Position numbers and translations under genes: made by a program. Shown here in pieces: positions 32,375 through 41,561 of a DNA stretch of 64,000 bases (position 1 is its first letter; every line of letters starts with the position of its first letter). Location: contig OZ240241.1 in NCBI GenBank assembly GCA_965198115.1, positions 800,001-864,000 on the forward strand. Direction: 5' to 3'. The notes under the pieces are model-generated. The model did not search any database. It was given only the letters and a program-made list of their open reading frames with translations, and was not told the origin of the DNA. The stretch is from Candidatus Latescibacterota bacterium (lineage in GTDB: Bacteria; Latescibacterota; UBA2968).

Positions 32375-33641
32375 TCAGTCTGCGGCTTCGTCCTTCTCGG
32401 TTACTTCTTCGGCCAAGTTGCCCTCGAGCAAAAGCTTGTAGCTCAGGCTGTCGACGAGGGCGAGCCAGCTGGCGTCGATGATGTTTTCGGACACGCCGAT
32501 GGTGCTCCACACGTTTTTGCCATCGGAGGACTCGATGAGCACACGGACTTTCGCCGCCGTGCCGTCGCGTCCACTGAGCACGCGCACCTTGTAGTCCTCG
32601 AGGTGTACCTCGTGCAGGATGGGATACTCCTTTTCCAGTGCCTGACGCAGGGCCCCGTCCAGGGCGTTTACGGGACCGTCGCCGTCGGCTACGGTGTTAA
32701 GAGGAGGGCGATTTATACATCGCGTCGATGTGGACCCCTCCCTTGTGCGCGAAGGCGCTCTCCCCGACGTAGGGCTGACGATGGTCGTGGTAGACGTTGG
32801 CGACCTCGCTGACGAACCGGGAAAATTCCATGAGGTCATCGAGGCGATCGGCACCCTTCCAACGCTTGTTCAGCTTGACCTGCAGGTTGGGTATGACGCT
32901 ACAGAGGTTGGCGTTGCCGCACCTCTCGCCGTAGCCGTTGAACGTGCCCTGCACGTGGCTCGCCCCGAGCTCGACGGCGATGATGCTGTTGGCCACGCCC
33001 ATACCGGCATCGTTGTGAGTGTGGATGCCGAACGGTACGTTCAGCCGATCCCGGACGGCCATTACGATTTCGCGCAACTGGCCCGGCATGGTGCCACCGT
33101 TCGTGTCGCACAGTACAAGGATGTTCGCGCCGCCGTCTTCTGCCGCTTTGAGCGTTCGGATGGCATACTCGGCGTCGGCTTTATAGCCGTCGAAGAAGTG
33201 CTCGGCGTCGTAGATGACTTCGCGGTCACGGGTCCTGAGGTAGGCGATCGAATCTTCGATCAGTCGGGCGTTTTCGTCGAGGTCGACGCGCAGTACATCG
33301 GTGACGTGGAGATCCCAAGTTTTCCCGAAGAGCGTGACGACTTCGGTTTCTGCGTCGAGCAGGGTGTTGAGGGTGTCGTCGTCTTCGGGCCGGTTGTGGG
33401 CGCGTCGAGTACTGCCGAAGGCGGCGATGCGGATCCGTTCGAGCTTCAGCTTGGATGCGCGAGCGAAGTACTCGAGGTCCTTCGGATTGGTCGGATTGGG
33501 CCAGCCGCCTTCGACGTAGTCGACGCCCAGCTCGTCGAGACGCTGCGTGATGAGCAGCTTGTCGTCCAGAGAAAAGGCGATGTCTTCGGCCTGCGAACCG
33601 TCGCGCAAGGTGGAGTCGTAGATCTGTACATAGTCTGACAC
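32375..33641 (-). pseudogene. cimA: Citramalate synthase with an internal deletion near 32700
   Basis: DSTLRDGSQAE, FGKTWDLHV, AFAHKGGVH, then a stop; C-terminal GDGPVNALD...DYKVRVL...GVSENII follows immediately in another frame. Confidence 0.88.
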
Positions 33642-33708
33642 GGTCAGCTCCCGAGTTGGATGGGTGAGTGGGAATGGCGCGGACACACTGCCCCGTGTCC
33701 AATCGCGA

Positions 33709-33730
33709 CCGGGCGGGTGACCCCGCCCGG
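33709..33730. repeat. GC-rich hairpin (REP-like or terminator)
   Basis: CCGGGCGGG-tgac-CCCGCCCGG. Confidence 0.5.
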
Positions 33731-33773
33731 ACAATCCCACCTCGCTTCCGTGTTGGTCAGACGACGCACGATG

Positions 33774-34178
33774 CTACGCTTCCTCTCCTTTGATCATGAG
33801 ACCGATGACGATGCCTCCGGCGATGGCTTCGGCAAGTGTGCCGAGGAACCACGTGAGCGCCATCGAGTAGGGGATGGGCATCACGGCGTAGGACCCGTAT
33901 CCGAAGGAAATCCCCTGGGCGATGCCGAAGAGCGCTGCGTACTGGATGGCCGACGTCGTTGATTTGTCTGGGATGAAGCGCACGTAGATGAGGACAAAGG
34001 CGGCCGAAATGATGAGCGTGACGAGGTGCATCAATCCCATCTTCATCTCTTCCATCGGCCGCCAGAGCGCCGCCGTTTCTTCGTAGGAGCTCATGAGGAT
34101 GTTGCCGTGGATGATGATATCCATCACCGTGATGACCACAGCCACGACGATGATCGTGAGTCCGACTCTGATGTTCAT
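33774..34178 (-). CDS. Hypothetical membrane protein, about four TM segments
   Basis: Hydrophobic 134 aa ORF in line with neighbouring minus-strand genes. Confidence 0.7.
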   Translation of the reverse strand: MNIRVGLTIIVVAVVITVMDIIIHGNILMSSYEETAALWRPMEEMKMGLMHLVTLIISAAFVLIYVRFIPDKSTTSAIQYAALFGIAQGISFGYGSYAVMPIPYSMALTWFLGTLAEAIAGGIVIGLMIKGEEA

Positions 34179-34216
34179 GACGATCCTCTTTCGAGCAGGT
34201 CGAAACTGAAACCGTA

Positions 34217-34567
34217 TCAGTCCAAAATCTCGTTCACTCTTTCGGCGGGACGGGCGATGACGGCCCGGTCGCCGAGAATGCAGATGGGGCGATTCATGAC
34301 ATCGGGATGTTCGAGCAGCAATCCGACGAGTGCGTCGGGCGTGTTGTAATCTTCGATGTCCTTCCCCAGGTCGTTGAAGGATCCCGGGTGAAGCATTTCC
34401 TTGGGTTCAACATCGAGCAGGTTGAGAAACCTGCGTAGATCGGGTTCACCCACGGGGTTCGTGATGTATTCGACGACGTCGAACTCGACGTTTCGCTCGC
34501 GCAGCATGTCCAGCGCGCCGCGTGACTTGCTTCAGCGTTCGTTGTGGTAAACCGTGACCTTGTCCAT
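34217..34567 (-). CDS. arsC: ArsC/Spx-family arsenate reductase-like protein, probable selenoprotein (UGA at 34532-34534)
   Basis: MDKVTVYHNER-UGA-SKSRGALDML continues in frame to MNRPI...ARP; matches ArsC YHNPxCSxSR. Confidence 0.85.
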
Positions 34568-34653
34568 GACGAAATCCTTTAAAGTTGGTGTTCAGTGCCC
34601 ACGGGTTCGACAACAGCCCGTGGTGCCCGATGTTCCCTGAACACCGATTGCGG

Positions 34654-35715
34654 TTATGCCGCGATCGATTCGGCTACGAGATCTCCGACTTCGGATGTGC
34701 TGTAGCCCATCTGGCCGGCCGACATGCTTTTGAGTTTGGTTCCGACGACGTCGATGATGGCATTCTCGACGGCGACCGCCGCTTCCGGTTCGCCGAGTGT
34801 ATCGAGCATCATCTGGCAAGCCGCGATGCAGGCGATCGGGTTGATGACGCCCTGGCCCGTGTACTTCGGGGCTGATCCGCCGATGGGTTCGAACATGGAT
34901 ACGCCCTCGGGGTTGATGTTTCCGCCGGCGGCGATGCCCATCCCGCCCTGCACCATCGCACCGAGGTCGGTGATGATGTCGCCGAACATATTATCGGTCA
35001 CAATGACGTCGAACCACTCGGGATTTTTGACCATCCACATGCACGTGGCGTCGACGTGGGCGTAGTCTCGCTTGATGTCGGAATACTCGGCATCGCCGAT
35101 CTCGTGGAATACACGTTCCCACATGTCGAACGCATACGTGAGAACGTTGGTCTTCCCGCAGAGGGTGAGCGTGTTCTCCTTTGCACGCTTTCGCGTGAGC
35201 TCGAAGGCGTAGCGGAGGCAGCGCTCGACTCCTTTGCGCGTGTTGATGGACTCCTGGACGGCGACCTCGTCGGGTGTTCCCGGCTTGAGGTGGCCCCCCG
35301 CCCCCGAATAGAGACCCTCGGTGTTCTCCCGGACGACGACGAAGTCGATGTCTTCGGGTCCTTTGTCCTTGAGCGGGCAGTCGACGTTCGGATAGAGCTT
35401 GACCGGGCGGAGGTTGATGTACTGGTCGAGTTCGAATCGCGTTTTGAGCAGAATGCCCTTCTCGAGGATCCCCGGCTTGACATCGGGGTGGCCGATCGCA
35501 CCGAGCAGGATGGCTCTGAATCCCCTAAGGTCGTCGAGCGCACCGTCGGGTAGCGTTTCACCCGTACGTTTATAGCGTTCTCCGCCAAAATCGAACTCGG
35601 TCGTCTCGTAGTTGATCCCGAATTTCGCCGAAGCCGCTTCCAAACACTTGAGGGCTTCGACGACGACTTCGGGCCCGGTTCCGTCCCCCGGAATCACTGC
35701 GATTTTGTGAGCCAA
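34654..35715 (-). CDS. leuB: 3-isopropylmalate dehydrogenase
   Basis: PGDGTGPEV, VRENTEG, DNMFGDI, EPIGGSAP; inside the leu operon. Confidence 0.93.
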   Translation of the reverse strand: MAHKIAVIPGDGTGPEVVVEALKCLEAASAKFGINYETTEFDFGGERYKRTGETLPDGALDDLRGFRAILLGAIGHPDVKPGILEKGILLKTRFELDQYINLRPVKLYPNVDCPLKDKGPEDIDFVVVRENTEGLYSGAGGHLKPGTPDEVAVQESINTRKGVERCLRYAFELTRKRAKENTLTLCGKTNVLTYAFDMWERVFHEIGDAEYSDIKRDYAHVDATCMWMVKNPEWFDVIVTDNMFGDIITDLGAMVQGGMGIAAGGNINPEGVSMFEPIGGSAPKYTGQGVINPIACIAACQMMLDTLGEPEAAVAVENAIIDVVGTKLKSMSAGQMGYSTSEVGDLVAESIAA

Positions 35716-35754
35716 GCCTGTATCCCTCCGATCAACTGTTTTCGAGGTGTCTGT

Positions 35755-36360
35755 TCAAGCGTCCGCTTTGAAGCCGGTGGTGTAGGGCAGGCTATCGGCG
35801 ACAGCCTTCACGGCATCTGCACCTTCGAGAAGCATGCCGGTCGCATCCCAGGCCCCTTCGAGGAGTGAGATACGGTTGCCCTCCGGCAATTCGACGTTCA
35901 CGACGACGTCGCCGCAGGTGACGGTCTTAGTGGCCAAGTCGACGTGGAGAGGCTGCGATGGGCCGGTCTCGATGGCGTCCTGCAGTCTGGCGACATCGCC
36001 AGGCGCGGCGGTGACGCAGGGGATGCCCATGACGGTACAGTTGCCCTGGAATATTTCGCCGAAGGATTCACCGACGACGGCGTCGATGCCCCAGCGCTGG
36101 AGCGCCTGCGGGGCGTGCTCGCGGGACGATCCGCATCCGAAGTTTCCGTTGACGACGAGGATCGAGGCGCTTTTGAACCGGTCGTCGTTGAACGGATGCG
36201 AAGGGTTGGACGAGCGGTCGTCTTCAAAAGCGTACTCGCCCAGCCCGTCGAAGGTGATCATCCGCAGGAACCTCGCCGGGATGATGCGATCGGTGTCGAT
36301 GTCGTTCCCGCGGAGGGCGATGCCGGGACCGTCTATTTTGGTGATGGATGAAGATGGCAT
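35755..36360 (-). CDS. leuD: 3-isopropylmalate dehydratase small subunit
   Basis: DIDTDRIIPARFL, NFGCGSSREHA. Confidence 0.95.
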   Translation of the reverse strand: MPSSSITKIDGPGIALRGNDIDTDRIIPARFLRMITFDGLGEYAFEDDRSSNPSHPFNDDRFKSASILVVNGNFGCGSSREHAPQALQRWGIDAVVGESFGEIFQGNCTVMGIPCVTAAPGDVARLQDAIETGPSQPLHVDLATKTVTCGDVVVNVELPEGNRISLLEGAWDATGMLLEGADAVKAVADSLPYTTGFKADA

Positions 36361-36404
36361 CGGTGGGCCTTTTTGCGTGACCGGGTGACTTGAGGGATCG
36401 CGAT

Positions 36405-37805
36405 CTACAGCATGTCCCGAACGTCGGTCACCTCGCCCGCGATGGCGGCCGCGGCGACCATCGCCGGACTCATGAGGAGCGTGCGACCCGTCGGGCTGCC
36501 TTGGCGTCCCTTGAAATTGCGGTTGCTGGATGAAGCGGAGATCTGCCGTCCGTGCAGTTTGTCGGGATTCATGGCCAGACACATCGAACACCCGGCGCTG
36601 CGCCATTCGAACCCGGCTTCGATGAAGACCTCGTGAAGTCCCTCGGCTTCGGCCGCTTCGAGGACCTGTTTGGAGCCGGGGACGACGAGGGGTTTGACGT
36701 GAGCTGCGACCTTGCGACCCTTCGCCACGCGAGCGGCTTCTCGGAGATCCGAAATCCGGCTGTTGGTGCACGATCCGATGAAGGCGACGTCGATCCTCGT
36801 TCCCGCGATGGGTTGACCCGGTTTGAAGTCCATGTAGTCGTAGGCTTCGCCTGCGACGTCCCGGTCGTCGTCCTGAAGATCTGTGAGCGCGGGCACCTTT
36901 TCATTCACGCCGATGGCCTGACCCGGGGTGATCCCCCACGTGACGGTCGGCTCGAGCGATGGGGCGTCGAGTTCGTAGACGTCGTCGTAGTCGGTGTCCA
37001 CGTCGGAAGTCACGGACTTCCACCATTCGACGGCTCGCGGAAACGCGTCTCCGGACGGTGCGTGCGCGCGGCCTTCGAGGTAGTCGAAGGTGGTCTGGTC
37101 AGGGTTGACGTAGCCGGCTCGCGCCCCGCCTTCGATCGACATGTTGCAGATCGACATTCGGCCTTCCATGGACATGCGTGACAGCGTGTCACCGCCGAAC
37201 TCGTAGGCGTAGCCGACACCGCCCTTCACACCGAGACGACGGATGACGTTGAGCACGACGTCTTTGGCGTAGACCCCGTCTCGTAGGTCGCCGTCGACCT
37301 TAATGAGGCGGACCTTTAAGGGATCCATCGCAAGACATTGTGTGGCAAGGACATCTCGGACCTGAGATGTTCCGATTCCGAACGCGATCGCCCCGAAGGC
37401 GCCGTGCGTCGACGTGTGGCTGTCGCCGCAGGCAATCGTCATACCCGGCTGGGTGAGTCCAAGCTCAGGCCCTATGACGTGTACGATGCCCTGACGGTCG
37501 TCGTCGACGTCGAACAGTGGAATCTCGAATTCGTCGGTGTTCTGTTCGATGGCCACCATCATCTGTTCGGCCATGTCGTCGGCGAACGGTCGCGTACGCA
37601 CGTCGGTTGGCACGATGTGATCGACCGTGGCGAAGGTCCGATCGGGATACGCCACCCGCAGACCACGTTCACGCATCATGTCGAACGCCTGTGGGCTGGT
37701 GACCTCGTGGACGAGGTGTAGTCCGATGAAGAGCTGGGTCTGACCCGACGGCAACGTCCGAACCGAATGGGCATCCCAGACCTTTTGAAAAAGTGGCTTG
37801 CCCAT
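36405..37805 (-). CDS. leuC: 3-isopropylmalate dehydratase large subunit
   Basis: [34 protein letters not shown]. Confidence 0.97.
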   Translation of the reverse strand: MGKPLFQKVWDAHSVRTLPSGQTQLFIGLHLVHEVTSPQAFDMMRERGLRVAYPDRTFATVDHIVPTDVRTRPFADDMAEQMMVAIEQNTDEFEIPLFDVDDDRQGIVHVIGPELGLTQPGMTIACGDSHTSTHGAFGAIAFGIGTSQVRDVLATQCLAMDPLKVRLIKVDGDLRDGVYAKDVVLNVIRRLGVKGGVGYAYEFGGDTLSRMSMEGRMSICNMSIEGGARAGYVNPDQTTFDYLEGRAHAPSGDAFPRAVEWWKSVTSDVDTDYDDVYELDAPSLEPTVTWGITPGQAIGVNEKVPALTDLQDDDRDVAGEAYDYMDFKPGQPIAGTRIDVAFIGSCTNSRISDLREAARVAKGRKVAAHVKPLVVPGSKQVLEAAEAEGLHEVFIEAGFEWRSAGCSMCLAMNPDKLHGRQISASSSNRNFKGRQGSPTGRTLLMSPAMVAAAAIAGEVTDVRDML

Positions 37806-37807
37806 CG

Positions 37808-39358
37808 CTACACGGCCTCGGCGCGTGGCCGTTGGATGCCCGCTTGAATCGCGAGCCGGTTCAGACCGTCGAGATAGGCCTTCACGCTCGCTTCGATCAC
37901 GTCGGTCGACACCGCACGCCCCGTGGCCGACCGCCCTTCGTGGCTCAACCGGACGACGACTTCGCCGAGAGCCTCGGCTCCGCCCGTGATGGCCTGAATC
38001 GTGTATCGCTCGACGCGTGCGTCCGTTTGGGCGGCCAGCTTGACGGCCTTGTAGGCGGCGTCGACGGGACCGTCGCCCCACGACGATTCCTGGACTTCGT
38101 CGCTGTCATCGATTTTGAGACGGATCGTCGCCGAGGGGACCGTTCCCGTGCCGCTGACGGTGTGCATGTACTCGAGGTGATACTTTTCCGGAATGTCGGT
38201 CAGCTCGTCGCTGACGATAGCGATGAGATCCTCGTCGAAGACTTCCTTCTTCTTGTCTGCGACGACGATGAACCGCTCGTAGGCCTTGTCCAGATCTTCC
38301 TGCGAGAGTTCGTAGCCCAGCTCTTCGAGACGATGCCGCAGCGCGTGTCGACCCGATCGGGCCGTTAGTACGATTTGAGTCTGCTCCAGGCCTACATCCT
38401 GAGGGGCCATAATCTCAAAATTGTCCCGGTTCTTGAGGACGCCGTCCTGGTGGATGCCCGAGCTGTGGGCGAAGGCATTGGCCCCGACGATCGCCTTGTT
38501 CGGCGGCACGCTGACGTTCATGAGTCGTGAGACGAGGCGGCTGGTGTTGATGATCTCCTTAGGGTCCACGTCGCAGGTGAGGCCGAAGTGGTCGCCTCGA
38601 ACCTTGATGGCCATCACGATCTCTTCGAGCGACGCGTTGCCGGCTCGCTCGCCCAGTCCGTTGATCGTGCATTCCGCCTGGCGGGCGCCTCGGTTGAGCG
38701 CCGTCAGGGAATTGGAGACGGCCATACCGAGATCGTTGTGGCAGTGTACGCTGATGATGGCCTGATCGACGTTCTGGACGCTGGCAATGATGTCGGCGAT
38801 GAGCTGTCCGAATCTTTCGGGGACGGCGTATCCGACCGTGTCGGGGATGTTGATCGTGCTCGCGCCCGCGGCGATCGTGGCTTCGACCATTTCGTAGAGG
38901 TAGTCGGGCTCGGTGCGGACGGCATCCATCGGGGAGAACTCGACGTCGTCGCACAGCGACCGGGCCAGTTCAACGGCGTCGACAGACATCTTGAGGACTT
39001 CCTCGGGCGTCTTCCGCATCATCGTGCGATGCTGCGGCGAACTGCCGATGAAGGTGTGCAGCCGCGTCTTCGGAGCACCCTCGAGCGCCTCTCCGGCACG
39101 CTCGATGTCGAGTTTGACGGCACGGGCGAGGCCGCAGATGCGGGGTCCCTCGATCTCGTTCGCGATCCTGCGAACGGCTTCGAAGTCCTCGTTCGAAGAC
39201 ACGGGAAAGCCGGCTTCGATCACGTCGACGTTGAGACGCTCGAGCTGGTGGGCGATTTCGAGCTTTTCTCGGGTCGTCAGAGAGCAGCCGGGTGTCTGCT
39301 CGGCATCCCGCAGCGTGGTGTCGAAGATGACGACCTGGTTTTTCGAGGTCTGAGCCAT
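37808..39358 (-). CDS. leuA: 2-isopropylmalate synthase
   Basis: FDTTLRD, HCHNDLG, GERAGN, GIHQDG. Confidence 0.97.
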   Translation of the reverse strand: MAQTSKNQVVIFDTTLRDAEQTPGCSLTTREKLEIAHQLERLNVDVIEAGFPVSSNEDFEAVRRIANEIEGPRICGLARAVKLDIERAGEALEGAPKTRLHTFIGSSPQHRTMMRKTPEEVLKMSVDAVELARSLCDDVEFSPMDAVRTEPDYLYEMVEATIAAGASTINIPDTVGYAVPERFGQLIADIIASVQNVDQAIISVHCHNDLGMAVSNSLTALNRGARQAECTINGLGERAGNASLEEIVMAIKVRGDHFGLTCDVDPKEIINTSRLVSRLMNVSVPPNKAIVGANAFAHSSGIHQDGVLKNRDNFEIMAPQDVGLEQTQIVLTARSGRHALRHRLEELGYELSQEDLDKAYERFIVVADKKKEVFDEDLIAIVSDELTDIPEKYHLEYMHTVSGTGTVPSATIRLKIDDSDEVQESSWGDGPVDAAYKAVKLAAQTDARVERYTIQAITGGAEALGEVVVRLSHEGRSATGRAVSTDVIEASVKAYLDGLNRLAIQAGIQRPRAEAV

Positions 39359-39363
39359 GGTCC

Positions 39364-39486
39364 TTACTCTCCATCTCCGGAGCAGTTGGTGGGTAGCAGG
39401 TGGAACCCTCCGGCACGTCCATCCATCTGCCGTTCAAGATCCGATCGGTCTACGTCGCACGTAAGGTCCGAAAGGTCGGATTCCAT
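39364..39486 (-). CDS. Putative 40-aa small protein
   Basis: Perfect SD AAGGAGGTGA before ATG; stop lies just upstream of the leuA start. Confidence 0.4.
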   Translation of the reverse strand: MESDLSDLTCDVDRSDLERQMDGRAGGFHLLPTNCSGDGE

Positions 39487-39547
39487 CTGACTCACCTCCT
39501 TCAGGTGCTTGATAGCAGGGTTTTTCAGGTGCATCGATTGGACTGGG

Positions 39548-40543
39548 TCAACTGTCTTGGCCAAGCCAGGACATCATCCCCCTGAGCTGGGTGCCTACCT
39601 CTTCGATCAGGTGTTCCTGGTCCTGCCGCTTTCGGGCGTTGTAGAGAGGCCGCCCGACCTGGTTTTCGATCAGCCACTCGCGGGGGAACTGGCCGGACTG
39701 GATGTCGGCGAGGATACGCTTCATTTCGGCGCGCGTATCGTCGGTGATGATGCGTGAGCCGCGCGTGAGGTCGCCGTATTCGGCCGTATCTGAGATGGAG
39801 GATCGCATGTTGGCGATTCCACCCTCGTAGATCAGATCGACGATCAACTTGACCTCGTGCAGGCATTCGAAGTAAGCGACCTCGGGCTGGTAACCGGCTT
39901 CTACGAGGGTGTCGAAACCGGCACGGATGAGTTCGGTTAGCCCGCCGCACAGCACCGACTGTTCACCGAACAGGTCGGTCTCGGTTTCCTCGCGGAAGGT
40001 GGTTTCGATAATACCGGCTCGGGCGCCGCCGATGCCCTTTCCATACGCGAGCCCGATGTCTTTCGCCTTGCCGGTGGCGTCCTGTTCGACAGCGATCAGG
40101 CAGGGGACGCCGCCACCCTGCGAGAAGACTCGGCGGACGAGGTGGCCGGGGCCTTTTGGCGCAATCATGAAAACGTCGACGTCGGAGGGTGGCACGACCT
40201 GGCCGTAGTGAATGTTGAACCCGTGTGCGAAGGCGAGGGCGTTACCCGCCCTCAGGCCGGGCAGGATGTCGTTTTGAAAGACCGCACGCTGATGTTCGTC
40301 GGGTACCAGAACCATAATGATGTCACCTGCCGCGGCCGCGTCTGCGGGGGAGACGACTTCGAGGCCCTCGTCGGCGGCGTGCTGACGGGACGCGCTACCC
40401 TCGCGGAGGCCCACGATCACTTTGACCCCGCTGTCGTGCAGGTTAAGGGCGTGGGCGTGACCTTGGCTGCCATAGCCGAGGACGGCCACGGTTTTGTCGG
40501 ACAGGAGTCCGAGATCGGCGTCTTTTTCGTAGTACATCTGCAT
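39548..40543 (-). CDS. ilvC: Ketol-acid reductoisomerase
   Basis: [30 protein letters not shown]. Confidence 0.98.
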   Translation of the reverse strand: MQMYYEKDADLGLLSDKTVAVLGYGSQGHAHALNLHDSGVKVIVGLREGSASRQHAADEGLEVVSPADAAAAGDIIMVLVPDEHQRAVFQNDILPGLRAGNALAFAHGFNIHYGQVVPPSDVDVFMIAPKGPGHLVRRVFSQGGGVPCLIAVEQDATGKAKDIGLAYGKGIGGARAGIIETTFREETETDLFGEQSVLCGGLTELIRAGFDTLVEAGYQPEVAYFECLHEVKLIVDLIYEGGIANMRSSISDTAEYGDLTRGSRIITDDTRAEMKRILADIQSGQFPREWLIENQVGRPLYNARKRQDQEHLIEEVGTQLRGMMSWLGQDS

Positions 40544-40567
40544 CCGTCGTTCCTCCCTGATTTGGCC

Positions 40568-41065
40568 TCAGGCCTGCTTGGGTTGCGAATCCCGCAGCAA
40601 TGCCACGTTGCCCGTGCGGGCCATCTCGTTAATGCCGTATTGTGCGAGCATCGTCGTCATGGCGTTGATTTTGTCCTCTTTGCCCGTGGTCTCGATCGTC
40701 ATGGACGTCGTGCTGACGTCGACGATATTGGCGCGGAAGACTTCGGCGATCTGGATGATTTCTGATCGCGTCGCCGGGGTCGCCTTGACCTTGACGAGGG
40801 CGAGCTCACGTTCGATGAAGGCGCCCTGGGTGATGTCGATGACCCGGATGACGTCGATCAGCCGGTTGAGCTGCTTGACGACCTGTTCGAGTACGCGATC
40901 ATCGCCGCGAACGACGATCGTCATGCGAGAGATCTTGGGATCTTCGGTTTCGCCGACGGACAGGCTGTCGATGTTGTATCCTCGGCTGGAGAACAGCCCG
41001 GCGACGCGGCCTAGGACCCCGAAATGATTTTCGACGAGCGCGCAGATCGTATGTTTTTTCGGCAT
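40568..41065 (-). CDS. ilvN: Acetolactate synthase small subunit
   Basis: VENHFGVLGRVAGLFSSRGYNIDSL, EMARTG. Confidence 0.96.
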   Translation of the reverse strand: MPKKHTICALVENHFGVLGRVAGLFSSRGYNIDSLSVGETEDPKISRMTIVVRGDDRVLEQVVKQLNRLIDVIRVIDITQGAFIERELALVKVKATPATRSEIIQIAEVFRANIVDVSTTSMTIETTGKEDKINAMTTMLAQYGINEMARTGNVALLRDSQPKQA

Positions 41066-41090
41066 CGTTCAGATCCTGTTGAGCGTACAC

Positions 41091-41161
41091 AAAAAAAGGC
41101 CTTTGAATCGCTTCAGAGGCTCAATTCACAATCTCGAATGTGTGGTGAGTGGAATTGAGCC
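41091..41161 (-). terminator. Attenuator: terminator plus overlapping antiterminator
   Basis: mRNA GCCUCUGAA-gcga-UUCAAAGGC then C-U7 (41091-41120); competing 10-bp stem GGCUCAAUUC/GAAUUGAGCC (41152-41161 with 41118-41127). Confidence 0.8.
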
Positions 41162-41162
41162 G

Positions 41163-41234
41163 CTACGCTGCAAGAATCGCAGCCGGAAGGCTCTGAATAA
41201 GGGCTACCGCGAGTAGAAGAATCGAACGTCGCAC
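41163..41234 (-). CDS. ilv/leu operon leader peptide
   Basis: GTG-RRSILLLAVALIQSLPAAILAA-TAG, Ile/Leu/Val rich, ends at the antiterminator arm. Confidence 0.7.
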   Translation of the reverse strand: MRRSILLLAVALIQSLPAAILAA

Positions 41235-41382
41235 AGCGCTCGGGGTGCGAGCGGGCGGATCGCAAAGGGGATGCGTGGAAACCGGTCCGAGGAGGGGAGC
41301 TGGAAAATGTTGAAGAAGCCGGTCATAGGCAACGTTCGGGTCGAGAGAACGAATGTAAAGCCCTGTTTCGATTAGAAGTCAA

Positions 41383-41411
41383 AAAGTAACTTATAGATTC
41401 ACGTGTGTCAA
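41383..41411 (-). promoter_or_regulatory. Putative ilv operon promoter
   Basis: TTGACA-17 bp-TACTTT. Confidence 0.5.
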
Positions 41412-41488
41412 TGAAAAACTCTTACGCAATGGCGGTGGCCAGGCTTCCTGACGCGTGCAGTGCCGATCGCCTTATTTCGTTGTTAACC

Positions 41489-41518
41489 TTGACATTAGCG
41501 TCGATTCCGTGCTACCTT
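41489..41518 (+). promoter_or_regulatory. Putative sucA promoter
   Basis: TTGACA-18 bp-TACCTT with TGn extension. Confidence 0.55.
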
Positions 41519-41561
41519 CTCCGGTCTTTGTGCCGTGTCAAAGTTCCTTCCGGAGATCCGT

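Noticed and set aside
32190-32510. 106-aa ORF as a real protein
   Set aside because: Its N-terminal half is an off-frame overlap with the cimA tail; only 32363-32190 is meaningful
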